DNA of 64,000 bases from Myxococcales bacterium. Lineage in GTDB: Bacteria > Myxococcota_A > Polyangia > Polyangiales > Polyangiaceae. The notes under the pieces are model-generated. The model was not told where the DNA came from, searched no databases, and worked only from the letters and a program-made list of their open reading frames with translations. The position numbers were made by a program, and so were the translations under genes. Of this stretch, positions 30,290 through 42,470 are shown piece after piece. Where the stretch lies: assembly GCA_043747615.1 (NCBI GenBank), contig JAYTOU010000060.1, positions 1 through 64,000 on the forward strand, in the 5' to 3' direction. Position 1 is the stretch's first letter, and the number at the start of each line of letters is the position of its first letter.

Positions 30290-31411
30290 ATGAACTATCG
30301 AAGCTGCAGATCGCCTGCCGTCGCTCTCCTGGGTGTGGTCGCGCTTCTCGCGGCCGCTTGTAAGGGCAACTCCGGATCAGATCCTTCAGGGTCCCCCGCC
30401 GCCACGAACACGGCAGCGGGCGACGTCTCCCTCACCGGGTCGGGATCGTCGTTCATCAACCCGCTCATGTCCAAGTGGGTCGCGGCGTATCAGGGGGCCG
30501 AGGCGCCGGAGCGCAAGGTCAAGATCAACTACCAATCTGTCGGCTCGGGAGCCGGAATCAAGGCAATCCTCGACAAGACGGTGGACTTCGCGGCAAGCGA
30601 TGCAGCCCTCAGTGACGAGCAGCTGGCCAAGGCGCCGAACAAGATCCTTCACGTGCCGCTGACCCTCGGTGCGGTGGTGATCACCTACAACGTCAAAGAC
30701 GTGCCCGACCACCTCAAGATGACGCCGGAGGTCGTCGCCGGCATTTTTGGCGGCGAGATCAAGACCTGGAACGACGCAAAGATCGCGAGCGTGAACGCTG
30801 ACGTGAAGCTTCCCGCAACGCCGATCGGCGTCGTCTACCGATCCGATGGAAGCGGGACGACCGCGGTGTTCACCAACTACCTGTCGACCGTCTCCGCTGC
30901 CTGGAAGACGAAAGTCGGCACGGCGACGAGCGTCAAGTGGCCCGCCGGAACCGGAGCGAACGGCAACGCTGGCGTGACCAATCAGGTGAAGCAGACACCG
31001 GGATCGATCGCTTACGTCGAGCTCGCCTACGCCCTCGAAAACAAGCTTCCTGTGGCCTCCCTCAAGAACCGCGCAGGAAAGTTCGTTGACCCCACGCTCG
31101 AAGGGATCACGGCTGCTGCCGAAGGCGCATCGACCAAGATCCCCGAGGATCTCCGGATGCCGCTCGTCGACGCCGAGGGGAACACGGCCTATCCGATCGC
31201 CGCCTTCACCTACGCGCTGGTGTACGAAGACAACGCTGATCCGAGCCGCGGGACGGCGCTCTCTAGCTTCTTGTGGTGGGCCATTCACGACGGGCAGAAG
31301 CTCGGCCCCGGTCTCCACTACGCTGCGCTACCGCCCGCGGTCGTCGCGAAGGCGGAAGCGAAATTGAAATCCCTGAAGGCCGCCGGCAAGCCGCTCCTCA
31401 CCGGGAAATGA
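30290..31411 (+). CDS. pstS: Phosphate ABC transporter substrate-binding lipoprotein
   Basis: GSGSSF, NYQSVGSGAG, DFAASD, RSDGSGTT, YPIAAFTY. Confidence 0.97.
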   Translation: MNYRSCRSPAVALLGVVALLAAACKGNSGSDPSGSPAATNTAAGDVSLTGSGSSFINPLMSKWVAAYQGAEAPERKVKINYQSVGSGAGIKAILDKTVDFAASDAALSDEQLAKAPNKILHVPLTLGAVVITYNVKDVPDHLKMTPEVVAGIFGGEIKTWNDAKIASVNADVKLPATPIGVVYRSDGSGTTAVFTNYLSTVSAAWKTKVGTATSVKWPAGTGANGNAGVTNQVKQTPGSIAYVELAYALENKLPVASLKNRAGKFVDPTLEGITAAAEGASTKIPEDLRMPLVDAEGNTAYPIAAFTYALVYEDNADPSRGTALSSFLWWAIHDGQKLGPGLHYAALPPAVVAKAEAKLKSLKAAGKPLLTGK

Positions 31412-32352
31412 GCCGGCGCCGTCGAGACGTCAACGCCGGCGACCTCACCTTCAAGGCCGTCACCGGGATCTTCGCGGGCGTGGTCGTGGCCATTCTCGTG
31501 GTGGTCGCCATCGCCCTGACCTTTGCGTCGAGGGAGAGTCTCGGCGCCTACGGCTTCGGCTTCATCACTGGACGAGAGTGGGACCCGGTCGAAGGGCACG
31601 AAGCTTACGGCGCACTCCCCTTCATCTACGGAACGTTCGTCACCTCGGTCATCGCGCTCTTCCTCGCGGTGCCGGTCTCGCTTGGCATCGCCATCTATCT
31701 CGGAGAGCTCGCCCCGGAGTGGCTTCGCACGCCGCTCTCCTTCGTGGTCGAGTTGCTCGCGGCCGTTCCAAGCGTCATTTATGGCCTCTGCGGGTACTTC
31801 ATTCTCCGGCCGCTCATGATGAGCCACGTCGAGCCGGCGCTCGGCAAGGGCTTGGGCTTTCTCCCATTTTTTCAGGGGGCACCCTTCGGCAACGACGTGC
31901 TCCTGGCGAGCTGCGTCCTGGCGATCATGATCTTGCCGACCATATCGTCGGTGAGCCGCGAGATCATCCGCGCGGTCCCCAACGTTCTTCGCGAGGGGGC
32001 GCTCGCTCTCGGCGCTACGAAATGGGAAACGATTCGGAGCGTCGTCCTGCCGAGTGCGCGCTCGGGGATCATGGGAGCCATCATCCTGGGCATGGGCCGC
32101 GCTCTTGGCGAGACGATGGCTGTGACCATGCTCATCGGCAATAAGCCCCAGATCTCGGCCTCCGTGTTTCAACCCGCCGCGACGATGGCGAGCGTGATCG
32201 CGAATCAATACCCCGAGGCGCACGGTCGTCAGCTCTCCGCGCTCACCGAGATGGGCCTCCTCCTCTTCGTGATCACCCTGGCCTTGAATATTTTCGCGCG
32301 CGTCCTGGTGTGGCGCGTAGGCCGACTCCCTCACGCGGCTAGAAAGGCGTGA
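31408..32352 (+). CDS. pstC: Phosphate ABC permease
   Basis: ELLAAVPSVIYG, EGALALGATKWE, GRALGETMAV. Confidence 0.97.
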   Translation: MSRRRRDVNAGDLTFKAVTGIFAGVVVAILVVVAIALTFASRESLGAYGFGFITGREWDPVEGHEAYGALPFIYGTFVTSVIALFLAVPVSLGIAIYLGELAPEWLRTPLSFVVELLAAVPSVIYGLCGYFILRPLMMSHVEPALGKGLGFLPFFQGAPFGNDVLLASCVLAIMILPTISSVSREIIRAVPNVLREGALALGATKWETIRSVVLPSARSGIMGAIILGMGRALGETMAVTMLIGNKPQISASVFQPAATMASVIANQYPEAHGRQLSALTEMGLLLFVITLALNIFARVLVWRVGRLPHAARKA

Positions 32353-32353
32353 G

Positions 32354-33199
32354 ATGACCGCCTACCAGAAACGCAGAGTGACCAATCTCGTCGTCCAAGG
32401 GGCTTGCGTGACGGCGACGCTGCTTGCCGTTATCCCGCTAATCGTCATCCTCGGCTACATCGTCTTCAAGGGTGCCGGATCGCTCAATTGGGCTTTTTTT
32501 ACCGAGCTACCGAAGCCTCCGGGCGAGCCGGGCGGTGGAATGGCGAACGCGATCGCAGGAACGCTCACCCTCGTAGGCATTGCCTGCGCGATCGGCGTCC
32601 CGCTCGGGATCTTGGCGGGCGTATTCGTCGTCGAGTTCGGCGCCAACAAGTTCGGCAAGCTCGTGCAATTCAGCGCGGACGTGATGTCGGGCCTGCCGTC
32701 GATCGTCGCCGGGCTCTTCGTCTACGCGATCGTCGTCGTGCCGATGCATCGCTTCTCGGCGCTGGCCGGTGGGCTTGCCCTCGCCATCCTGATGCTCCCC
32801 ACCGTGATGCGGACGACGGAGGAGCTGCTTCGCTTGGTGCCGGACGCGCTCCGCGAGGCCGCCCTCGCTCTTGGCGTGCCGAAGTGGCGCACGATTCTCC
32901 GTGTAGTCCTCAGAACTGCGGCACCGGGAATCGCAACGGGGGTCGTGCTCGCGGTGGCTCGCGTCACGGGAGAGACCGCGCCTCTTCTATTCACAGCGCT
33001 CAACAACAACGGCTGGGCAGAGGGCATCGATCAGCCAACCGCGTCCCTCACCGTGCAAATCTACCAGTACGCGGGCTCGCCCTACGAAGACCAGCAGGCG
33101 CAGGCGTGGGCGGCCGCGCTCGTTCTCGTCAGCGTGGTCTTGCTTCTCAACGTCTCGGCACGGTTACTCGTTCGACAGCGCGTTCGCGGGGGGCGCTAG
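32354..33199 (+). CDS. pstA: Phosphate ABC permease
   Basis: [28 protein letters not shown]. Confidence 0.97.
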   Translation: MTAYQKRRVTNLVVQGACVTATLLAVIPLIVILGYIVFKGAGSLNWAFFTELPKPPGEPGGGMANAIAGTLTLVGIACAIGVPLGILAGVFVVEFGANKFGKLVQFSADVMSGLPSIVAGLFVYAIVVVPMHRFSALAGGLALAILMLPTVMRTTEELLRLVPDALREAALALGVPKWRTILRVVLRTAAPGIATGVVLAVARVTGETAPLLFTALNNNGWAEGIDQPTASLTVQIYQYAGSPYEDQQAQAWAAALVLVSVVLLLNVSARLLVRQRVRGGR

Positions 33200-33201
33200 C
33201 G

Positions 33202-34026
33202 ATGCATTTCGGCCCCGAAAGCTACCGGAAGATCCCCAACCAAATGATCGATCGAACTTCTTCACCCAATGCAGTGCCCAAGATGCGAGCGGAGTCTCTG
33301 CGCGCGTGGTTCGGAAACTCCGAGACCCTCAAGGGGATCTCCGTCGCCGTCGAAGACAAACGGGTCACGGCCATCATTGGCCCGTCGGGCTGCGGAAAGT
33401 CGACGTTCGTACGCTGCTTGAACCGCATGCACGAGGTCGTGCCCGGCGCGCGTGTGTCGGGATCGGTCGTCCTCGACGGCGCCGACATTTACGGGAACGA
33501 CGTGGATCCGGTTCTCATCCGACGACGGGTGGGAATGGTGTTCCAGAAGCCGAACCCCTTTCCGACGATGACCATCCAGGAGAACGTGCTCGCGGGCCTG
33601 CGTCTGAATGGGATCACCGTGAAAGATCCCGGCGCGGTCGTCGAACAGTCTCTGCGCCAAGCAGCCCTGTGGGACGAGGTTCGCGACGTCTTGCATCAGT
33701 CCGGGACGAGCCTCTCGGGTGGACAGCAGCAGCGACTGTGCATCGCGCGCTGCCTCGCGCTCGAGCCTGAGGTGATCCTGATGGACGAGCCGTGCTCCGC
33801 GCTCGATCCGATCGCGACGGCGAAAGTAGAGGAGCTCATTCGCGAGCTTCGTGAGCGCTACACGATCGTGATCGTGACTCACAGCATGCAGCAGGCCGCG
33901 CGGGTCAGCGACTTTACGGCGTTTCTCTACCTCGGCGAGCTCGTCGAATATGGGAGCACCGACACCGTCTTCACGAAACCCTCGGATTCACGAACCGAGG
34001 ACTACATCACGGGGCGATTCGGCTGA
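33202..34026 (+). CDS. pstB: Phosphate ABC ATPase
   Basis: [39 protein letters not shown]. Start could be 33244. Confidence 0.97.
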   Translation: MHFGPESYRKIPNQMIDRTSSPNAVPKMRAESLRAWFGNSETLKGISVAVEDKRVTAIIGPSGCGKSTFVRCLNRMHEVVPGARVSGSVVLDGADIYGNDVDPVLIRRRVGMVFQKPNPFPTMTIQENVLAGLRLNGITVKDPGAVVEQSLRQAALWDEVRDVLHQSGTSLSGGQQQRLCIARCLALEPEVILMDEPCSALDPIATAKVEELIRELRERYTIVIVTHSMQQAARVSDFTAFLYLGELVEYGSTDTVFTKPSDSRTEDYITGRFG

Positions 34027-34751
34027 TGACGACCACGAAGAAGAAGCACACCGACCAGGGTTACGAAGCCGAGCTCAACGGGCTGCGCGAGCAGCTTCTT
34101 CTCATGGGCGCCAAGGTGGAGGAGATGATCGCCAACAGCATGCGCGCGCTCGTCGATCGAGACACCTTGCTCGCCAAGGAGATGATCGAGTTCGACAACC
34201 AGATCAACCGCATCGAGATCGAGACCGACGAAGCCTGCTTGCGCATCCTCGCGCGCCGCCAGCCGGTGGCCTCCGATCTACGCTTCATCACCATTGCGTT
34301 GAAGCTCGTGACGGACCTCGAGCGCATCGGGGATCTCGGCGTCAATATGTGCGAGCGGGTGATCGAGCTCAACGACGAACCGCCGCTCAAGCCTTATCTG
34401 GATCTTCCGCAGATGGCGGACACCGCGCAGGGCATGGTTCACGACGCGCTCGATGCGTTCGTGCAGGGCGACGCGGAGATGGCGCAACAGATCATCGATC
34501 GGGACAAAACGCTCGACGCGTACTACGCCGATATTTTCCGGGTCCTCCTCACGTACATGATGGAGGATCCGCGCAACATCTATCGCGCCACGCGCGTGCA
34601 ATCGATCGCCAAATACCTGGAGCGGATAGGAGACCACGCCACGAACCTGGCGGAGATGGTCGTCTTCATGGTCCGCGGGAAGGACATCCGTCACACCGGA
34701 AATTCGAAGACCGTGAGCCGGCAGCCCCCCCCCGTCCGCTCCGACGACTGA
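34026..34751 (+). CDS. phoU: Phosphate signalling protein PhoU
   Basis: RQPVASDLR, DLERIGD, KYLERIGDHATNLAE. Confidence 0.97.
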   Translation: MTTTKKKHTDQGYEAELNGLREQLLLMGAKVEEMIANSMRALVDRDTLLAKEMIEFDNQINRIEIETDEACLRILARRQPVASDLRFITIALKLVTDLERIGDLGVNMCERVIELNDEPPLKPYLDLPQMADTAQGMVHDALDAFVQGDAEMAQQIIDRDKTLDAYYADIFRVLLTYMMEDPRNIYRATRVQSIAKYLERIGDHATNLAEMVVFMVRGKDIRHTGNSKTVSRQPPPVRSDD

Positions 34752-34767
34752 GCCTCACGCCGCTATC

Positions 34768-36240
34768 TCACTGAGGATAGAGGCACCGCCCGCCGTTGCA
34801 CGGGACGCCGTTGCAGCAATCGCCGGCAGCGGCGCACGTCTGACCGTACTGGGCGCACGCCGTCACGCCTGCATCGGTCGAGGGTGTCGTTCCGCCGTCG
34901 GCGCCGGTGCCACCACCGCCGCACGAACCGCTCGTCGAGCCGCTAGGAATCACGCAAGGGAGGCCCGTGCAGCAGTCGGCCGTCGTCGTGCAACCACCCG
35001 CCCTGGGAACGCACGTCGCACCGCAAACGAGTGGAGCGCCGCCGTCGGTGACGTTCGTCGGAACGCACGCCAGGCCGCAGCAGTCAGCGCTGCTCGAGCA
35101 CACCTGACCCGCCTTGGAAGTGCCCGCGTCGGCGCAGCTCCCCACGCCCGTGCAGCGCGGAATGCCCACGATGTCTTGCTGGCAGACCGTGGGATCGTTG
35201 TTCACGTTTCCGGCGCAGCAATTGTTCTCGGCGTTGCACGAGCTCGAGGCGAGCTTGCAGATCGCGCCGTTCCCGCGGCAGGAGCCACCGTTGTCGCACC
35301 GCCCGACCGATGCGCCGGACGCCTTGCTGCAGGTGACGAAGTTGTTGGTCTTTCCGCCGGGGTCTTCGACCGAGCCGCAGCAATCCTTGTCGGAGCGGCA
35401 AAGGTCGCCCGTCGGATGGCAGCCGCTCGGGGCCTGACACACGTCGACTCCCGTCAACGCGTAGGGCGCGCACGAGCGACTGCAGCAACTGCCACCGCAC
35501 GCAGGGATGCCGCCATCGCTCGCTCCCGCGTCTGCGCCCGCGCCGCAGACTTCTCCGGCGACGGTGCACTGCGTTCCACCCGGAGCGACAGGCAGCTTGC
35601 ACGTTCCGATCGTTGCTCCGCCGAGCTTGGTGCAGATGCCGCCGCAGCACTCGTTGTCCGTGCTGCAGATGTCGCTCGTCTGCGTGCAGAACGACGGTTG
35701 ATTCGAGCAAACGCCGCTATTGCAGAAGCTCGAGCAGCACTCGCCGTTCGTCGCGCACGTGTTGCCCGAGGTGCTGCACGAGCCATTGAGCGGAGTGCAG
35801 GTGCCCGCCCCGCCGTCTGCCGATCCCGCGCACACGCCGCCGCAGCAGCTCGCGTTCGACGTGCAGGCCTTGTTGTCGGAGATGCAGAGCGTAGAGCCGC
35901 ACGCGCCGCCGCTACAAACGAAGGTGCAGCACTCGTTCGCGACCGTGCAGGCTGTGCCGCCAGCCTTGCAGGTTCCGATGGGAGCGACGCAAATCTTGAG
36001 GGTCAGGTTGCAGTTGACCGAGCAGCACTCGGCGCTCGTGGCGCACGTCGTTCCGGGCATCGCGCAGGTCCCGCCGTCGCTGATGCCGCCTTCGGAGCCG
36101 CCGCCTTCGGAGCCGCCGCCTTCGTCGCCTCCGTCCATGGTCGTCGATGCAGCGCCGTCGCTGCTCCCACATCCGCCCATGCTGACAGCGCAGCCAACCG
36201 CCATGGTCGCCGCAAGAACCAGCCACGTACGATAGTTCAT
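34768..36240 (-). CDS. Large Cys-rich repeat lipoprotein
   Basis: Signal peptide with lipobox-like Cys; about a dozen C-x4-CC-x3-C modules. Start at ATG 36240. Confidence 0.85.
   Translation of the reverse strand: MNYRTWLVLAATMAVGCAVSMGGCGSSDGAASTTMDGGDEGGGSEGGGSEGGISDGGTCAMPGTTCATSAECCSVNCNLTLKICVAPIGTCKAGGTACTVANECCTFVCSGGACGSTLCISDNKACTSNASCCGGVCAGSADGGAGTCTPLNGSCSTSGNTCATNGECCSSFCNSGVCSNQPSFCTQTSDICSTDNECCGGICTKLGGATIGTCKLPVAPGGTQCTVAGEVCGAGADAGASDGGIPACGGSCCSRSCAPYALTGVDVCQAPSGCHPTGDLCRSDKDCCGSVEDPGGKTNNFVTCSKASGASVGRCDNGGSCRGNGAICKLASSSCNAENNCCAGNVNNDPTVCQQDIVGIPRCTGVGSCADAGTSKAGQVCSSSADCCGLACVPTNVTDGGAPLVCGATCVPRAGGCTTTADCCTGLPCVIPSGSTSGSCGGGGTGADGGTTPSTDAGVTACAQYGQTCAAAGDCCNGVPCNGGRCLYPQ
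36085..36124. repeat. 15-bp tandem repeat (gccgccttcggagcc) encoding the EGGGS linker
   Basis: Two full copies plus a partial copy, directly visible. Confidence 0.85.
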
Positions 36241-36417
36241 CAAGGCGTGCCTCCAAATAGTGCTGGAAAATATGCCAGCGATGCGTTTCGACCGGGTCGC
36301 GAAGCGCGCCCGCCGAGTTAGTATATGCAACCCTGCGACCGTTCTCGAGTATGCCGATAACTTCGGCGAATCGCATGTTTTCGGCGAGCGGGGGTGGTCA
36401 CTCGATCGACCACGTCA

Positions 36418-36765
36418 TCACGGGGGGCAGAGCTGACCGGCGAGCTTGCACATGGTGTTGCCGTTCTTGACGCAGCAGACTTTGCCGGCACCGCAGGAGA
36501 GTGCAACGCAAGCCGCGCAATCGGCCTGCCCGCAGGCTCCGCCACACCAGGTCGTCCCGCAACAGAAGTTGGAGCCTCCCGGCGAAGTGCCGGTGCACGA
36601 CGCGCCTCCCTCAGCATCGATCGCGGAGTCGCTCGTGGACGCCTCCGAGCGAGCGTCTTCGACCGATCCGTCGGCGTCGTAGAAATGGAGATCGGGAACG
36701 GACTCGCATCCCGCGAGGGCCGGCCACGCAATCAGGACCATCCATGAGGCGCGCGGGGCCTGCAT
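36418..36765 (-). CDS. Small Cys-rich lipoprotein
   Basis: TAATG overlap with the upstream gene; lipobox LAGC; Cys-rich tail. Confidence 0.75.
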   Translation of the reverse strand: MQAPRASWMVLIAWPALAGCESVPDLHFYDADGSVEDARSEASTSDSAIDAEGGASCTGTSPGGSNFCCGTTWCGGACGQADCAACVALSCGAGKVCCVKNGNTMCKLAGQLCPP

Positions 36766-37736
36766 TAGAAGGAGCCTCTCACGCTGACGCGAGCGTCGGT
36801 GCCAGACACGGTGGCGGACACCGCGGGGCCGCCCTTGATGATGAGATACGCTCCGATTCCGGCCGCGACGACGCCCGCGCCCGCGAGAACCGCAGCGACG
36901 GTACCATCGGTAACGGCGCGACTCCGGGTAGCGATCAACTCGGCTTCGCGCGATCTCGGACACACACCGCCAGGACACGCCCGGGTGAGATCCGAAATCT
37001 GTCCGTGTCGAACGAGGGCGGCGGCCCCGGCGCCGACGAGGAGCGCGGCTCCTGCGCCAAAAGTCACCCAGCCCGCAACGTTGGAAGAATGGGCGGCGTC
37101 GGCGGGTGCCTCTTTCGGCGGTGCCAAGGGCGGTGGCAAGGGCTGCGTCGGTTGCGAAACGAGCAAGGGGATGGCCAGAGATAGGTGGGCCCCCTCGGCG
37201 AGGTTGATCTCGGTACGGAACGCAGCAGCGCCGGGCGCGGTTGCCGTTACGACGTGCGGGCCCGGATCGACCAGGATCGGAGCTCGGAGCGCCGCGCCGC
37301 GCACGACCTCGCGATCGAGCTCGATCTCGACGTCGGGACGAGCGGGTTCGGAGACCGTGAGTGACAGCTGCGGGATTCGTTTCGCGAGATCCGCCACTTT
37401 CGCCCGCGCGACTTCGATGCTTTCCGCGTTGCTCGGATCGTGGCCGCTGCCCAGGGCAATGGCTCCTTCGTACGAAACCAGGGCTTCCTTCAAGCGCCCG
37501 AGGGCATCGAGACACGTGCCGATCCGGTAGCGGACGGCGACGGTTTCTCTCACGGCTTGAACGCGACGAAATTTCTCGAGGGCAACTTCGAAATCTCCGC
37601 GCTCCTCGTCGGCGAGCGCGTTCGTGAACGTCTTTCGCGCCTCCGCCAGCTCAACAAGCGATTGGCCCGCGGCAGGCGTTGGAGCGAGCAACAGGAGGGC
37701 GGCGAGACATGTCGATCGAAAACCCGCGCCGCGCAT
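36765..37736 (-). CDS. Exported TPR + PEGA-like protein with C-terminal hydrophobic segments
   Basis: Signal peptide, TPR (YRIGTCLDALGRLKEALVSYE), VDPGPHVVTATAPG. Start placed at ATG 37736. Confidence 0.8.
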   Translation of the reverse strand: MRGAGFRSTCLAALLLLAPTPAAGQSLVELAEARKTFTNALADEERGDFEVALEKFRRVQAVRETVAVRYRIGTCLDALGRLKEALVSYEGAIALGSGHDPSNAESIEVARAKVADLAKRIPQLSLTVSEPARPDVEIELDREVVRGAALRAPILVDPGPHVVTATAPGAAAFRTEINLAEGAHLSLAIPLLVSQPTQPLPPPLAPPKEAPADAAHSSNVAGWVTFGAGAALLVGAGAAALVRHGQISDLTRACPGGVCPRSREAELIATRSRAVTDGTVAAVLAGAGVVAAGIGAYLIIKGGPAVSATVSGTDARVSVRGSF

Positions 37737-37745
37737 CTGAAGTGA

Positions 37746-39185
<1,440 letters not shown>

Positions 39186-39224
39186 GAATCCTCGCGGACC
39201 GCAAGAGTCCGTGGGATAATTTCT

Positions 39225-40553
39225 GTGCGGTCAATGCAAGCGGCTCGGCATCATCTCAAGCTCGGCGCGGGCGAGAAGCTCGGGGGCAAGTATTCGCTCG
39301 TCCGGCGTCTGGCCTCGGGCGGCATGGGCGAGATCTGGATCGCACACAACGTCCTCACGGAGGCCGACGTCGCCCTCAAAATTCTCCGCGCCGACGCCGA
39401 CACGGCGATGCAAGCCGAGCTTCGTTTCAGGCATGAAGCAAAGCTCGGCGCGATGCTCGCGCATCGGAACATCGTGCGCGTGTTCGATCTCATCGAGCAT
39501 GGCGACGAGCTCATTCTGGTGCTCGAGCTGCTCCGCGGAGAGGGCCTCGATCGCCATCTTTGCGACAAAACGAAGCTGCCTGCCGTGGAAGCGGTCGCCA
39601 TCGTGCTCCCCCTGCTGTCGGCGCTCGAGCATGCCCACGAGATGGGCGTCATTCACCGCGATCTCAAGCCCGCCAACATTTTCCTGGCGGTCGATCCCGA
39701 TGGTCTAGTCACCCCAAAGCTTCTGGATTTCGGAATCGCAAAGCTCCCGCTGGCGGGTGTGCAAACCCTCGATGGACGTGTGCTCGGAACCCCGCGCTAC
39801 ATGTCCCCCGAGCAGATTCGTTCGGACCCGAAGATCGACGGGCGAAGCGATCTCTTCACCGTGGGAGCTCTCTTGATCGAGATGCTGACCGGGGCGGCAC
39901 CATTCAAAGCGGACTCAGCCTCGGCGTCGCTCGCGGCGGTTCTCGAGGTGGAGCTCGATCCGGATCCTGAGATCGATCCGAGGCTCGGGCTGGTCATCAA
40001 GCGCGCGACGGCAAAGCGGGTCTACGAGCGCTTCGCCACTGCGAACGAATTTGCCAAGGCGCTCCGGGAAGCGATCCCCGATTCGGACGCGGCGCTCGCT
40101 GCGACGATGCGCAGGGAGAGACCACCGCGTTCGTCGCGAGCGTCCCACAGTGACCTCAGCGACCCGTCGGGTCGGCCTCTATTCAACGGCGACGCTTCGC
40201 CCGAGAGCGGGTCAGTGCCCACCGCGAGCGTGCTCGAGCCGGTCGTGGGCCCGAAGAAGATGAGCATCGTGATAGGGGCGCTCGTCGCTTCGGTCCTCGT
40301 CGTGATCGCGGTCGTCGGCACGCGGGGGGTCTCGGCATCGTCGGCGTCGGTCACATCCGCCGCAGCGTCGGCACCGTCCGCGCCGGCGACCACGGGCGTC
40401 GACCTCGCCGCTCTTCCGATCGTCGCTGTCCCGGCCTCGGCGAGCTCATCACAAAGCTCAGTAGCGCCCTCCGCAACGTCGAGCGCGCGCCCGGCGGTGA
40501 AGCCACGTGTCGCACCGAAAAAGAAGCCGGTGGCGACGACACCTGGGTTTTGA
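39225..40553 (+). CDS. Membrane-anchored Hanks-type Ser/Thr protein kinase
   Basis: LASGGMG, VALK, HRDLKPAN, DFGIAK, GTPRYMSPEQ, one TM helix. Confidence 0.96.
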   Translation: MRSMQAARHHLKLGAGEKLGGKYSLVRRLASGGMGEIWIAHNVLTEADVALKILRADADTAMQAELRFRHEAKLGAMLAHRNIVRVFDLIEHGDELILVLELLRGEGLDRHLCDKTKLPAVEAVAIVLPLLSALEHAHEMGVIHRDLKPANIFLAVDPDGLVTPKLLDFGIAKLPLAGVQTLDGRVLGTPRYMSPEQIRSDPKIDGRSDLFTVGALLIEMLTGAAPFKADSASASLAAVLEVELDPDPEIDPRLGLVIKRATAKRVYERFATANEFAKALREAIPDSDAALAATMRRERPPRSSRASHSDLSDPSGRPLFNGDASPESGSVPTASVLEPVVGPKKMSIVIGALVASVLVVIAVVGTRGVSASSASVTSAAASAPSAPATTGVDLAALPIVAVPASASSSQSSVAPSATSSARPAVKPRVAPKKKPVATTPGF

Positions 40554-40763
40554 CAAGCGGATCGTTCCTCACTCCACCGGGGGAAGCGCTTTCCAGGATG
40601 CTCGACCAAGGGTGCGATGAAGTAGCGGCTGAAGCGCTGCGGGCCTGGCAAGGTCGGTGTCCACCATGACCTGCGGATCGCGCCACCCACCCACGCGAGC
40701 CCATGCGGACCTCAGAAAGCCGCGAATTTGGGTCGCGGGCTCGATCTTGCTTAATCTGCCCGC

Positions 40764-41612
40764 ATGAAAGCAATCGTGTACGCAATGGTCGGCATGTTTG
40801 GTCTCGGCTTGGCCGGGGCGTGCGGTGGAAGCAGCGCCACGACGGTCGGCGGCGGGCCAGGGGCCGGACTCTGCGGCGCCGCAAAGTGCGGATCGCGCCA
40901 GTGCGATCCGACGCTCGGCTGCGTCGATTGCACGAGCGACGCGCAGTGCGGCGGGGGCAGCAAGTTCTGCATCACGGGAAAGTGCGAATCCTGTCGTACC
41001 AACGTGGACTGCGGTGTGAGCGCGCCGGCGTGCTGGCCGAACGATCACACGTGTCACGCGTCGTGCGCCGCTCCTGGCGCGCAAGCCTGCCCGGGTGACG
41101 CGAAGCTTTGCGACACGGCGACCGGACAGTGCCTCGGTTGCAGGACAATGACCGACTGCTCGCCGCCGGACGCGATCTGCAGCGCCGTCACCGCCCAATG
41201 CGTGCAGTGTGCAGTCAACAAGGACTGCCCCGCTTCCGCTCCGACGTGCTTGGCTACGGGGCGATGCGCGCAGTGCTTGTCGAATACCGATTGCAGCGGC
41301 TCGACGCCCATCTGCGACCTCCAGGAGCTCAAGTGCCGCTCGGGATGCACCAGCGACGCCACGTGCGCCGCGCCCACTGCGCACTGCAATATTGCTCACA
41401 ACGCGTGCGTCCAGTGCAACACGGGCGCGGACTGTGCGGCTCCCGCGCCTCTGTGCAATCTGGACGGCGCGTGCACCGCGTGCCTCGTCGACAAGGACTG
41501 CATGGGCACCCCCGCGACACCGTATTGCCGTGACGCCCAGGCGTGCGTGCAATGCATCGACAAGAGCCAGTGCATGTCTGGACAGAAATGCCAGAACGGC
41601 GCGTGCCGCTGA
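40764..41612 (+). CDS. Cys-rich repeat lipoprotein
   Basis: Lipobox AGAC; about 25-aa repeats CVQC-x4-DC-x4-P-x-C. Confidence 0.85.
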   Translation: MKAIVYAMVGMFGLGLAGACGGSSATTVGGGPGAGLCGAAKCGSRQCDPTLGCVDCTSDAQCGGGSKFCITGKCESCRTNVDCGVSAPACWPNDHTCHASCAAPGAQACPGDAKLCDTATGQCLGCRTMTDCSPPDAICSAVTAQCVQCAVNKDCPASAPTCLATGRCAQCLSNTDCSGSTPICDLQELKCRSGCTSDATCAAPTAHCNIAHNACVQCNTGADCAAPAPLCNLDGACTACLVDKDCMGTPATPYCRDAQACVQCIDKSQCMSGQKCQNGACR

Positions 41613-41637
41613 GTCGTCGACGTGGGCATAGGCGGGT

Positions 41638-42204
41638 TTAGAGATCGCCGCGGATCCCGATGGTCCACGGCCGTTCGCCCCCGCCCACGCCCACCGCCGG
41701 CTGGAAGTGCCGGACGCGATCCTCGTACTCGAGGGCCCGGCTCTCTCCGAAGGAGTCGAGCGTGTAGAAGGTGAGCGCTTCGGCGGCGATACCGAGTCCG
41801 GTCCCTTGCCACACGGCGCGCCCGCTGAGAACACCGTAGGTGGCGACGGCGGCGCCAGCCACCGCGAGGGAGAGCTCGCCAAATCGGTAAGCGACGAAGC
41901 GCGAGGTGGTCCCATGAATGTGGGCGCCCTCGTCGTGCTTGAAGGCTGCGGGGTCGCGGGCGAGAGTGGCCGAGTATCTGTCGCGGTGGGAGTCCACCTG
42001 GAAGACGTAGAAGGCGGCGCCGACGGCCTCGAACGCACCGATGCTGAGCACCGACCACCCGAAGCCTCGTGAGAAATCATTCGAGCGGGTGACGAGCACC
42101 ACGCCGGCAACGCTCGAGAGCGTCCCGATGGCGACGCAGTTGAGCGCCGTCTCCTTCTCGGATGCGTAATACGCGGAAACATCGTCAGTGATCGCGTCGG
42201 TCAC
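41638..42204 (-). CDS. Hypothetical membrane protein
   Basis: About 4 hydrophobic helices; TAGAAT 6 nt before the GTG. Confidence 0.7.
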   Translation of the reverse strand: MTDAITDDVSAYYASEKETALNCVAIGTLSSVAGVVLVTRSNDFSRGFGWSVLSIGAFEAVGAAFYVFQVDSHRDRYSATLARDPAAFKHDEGAHIHGTTSRFVAYRFGELSLAVAGAAVATYGVLSGRAVWQGTGLGIAAEALTFYTLDSFGESRALEYEDRVRHFQPAVGVGGGERPWTIGIRGDL

Positions 42205-42470
42205 GGCCCGATTCTAGGCCATCTCAGCAGCCGCCGAAGCTCAAACGAAGATCAACGGGGGGGCGCCCATGCCGTGGCCAACCGCGGAGACCCGAGCTCG
42301 GCGCTTTGCAACGTCCTTCACCGATTCGTGGACGGCGGTCAGTCGCCCACCGTGGCTACACGCTCTCGTTCTTTGGCCGTTTGGCACCACCTACGGAGCG
42401 GCGGAAGGTTCGTCGCAGATCGGCGTTTGATCATCCGTGGCGCCATGAAACGTTCTTTCAATTCGTACTT

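Noticed and set aside
40736..40751. GG-N10-GC (CGGGCTCGATCTTGCT) before the 40764 lipoprotein
   Set aside because: Poor -24 element; the adjacent TAATCT leaderless -10 explains the site better.
42205..42470. Intergenic gap as a possible sRNA or small ORF
   Set aside because: No convincing ORF, terminator or recognisable RNA motif.
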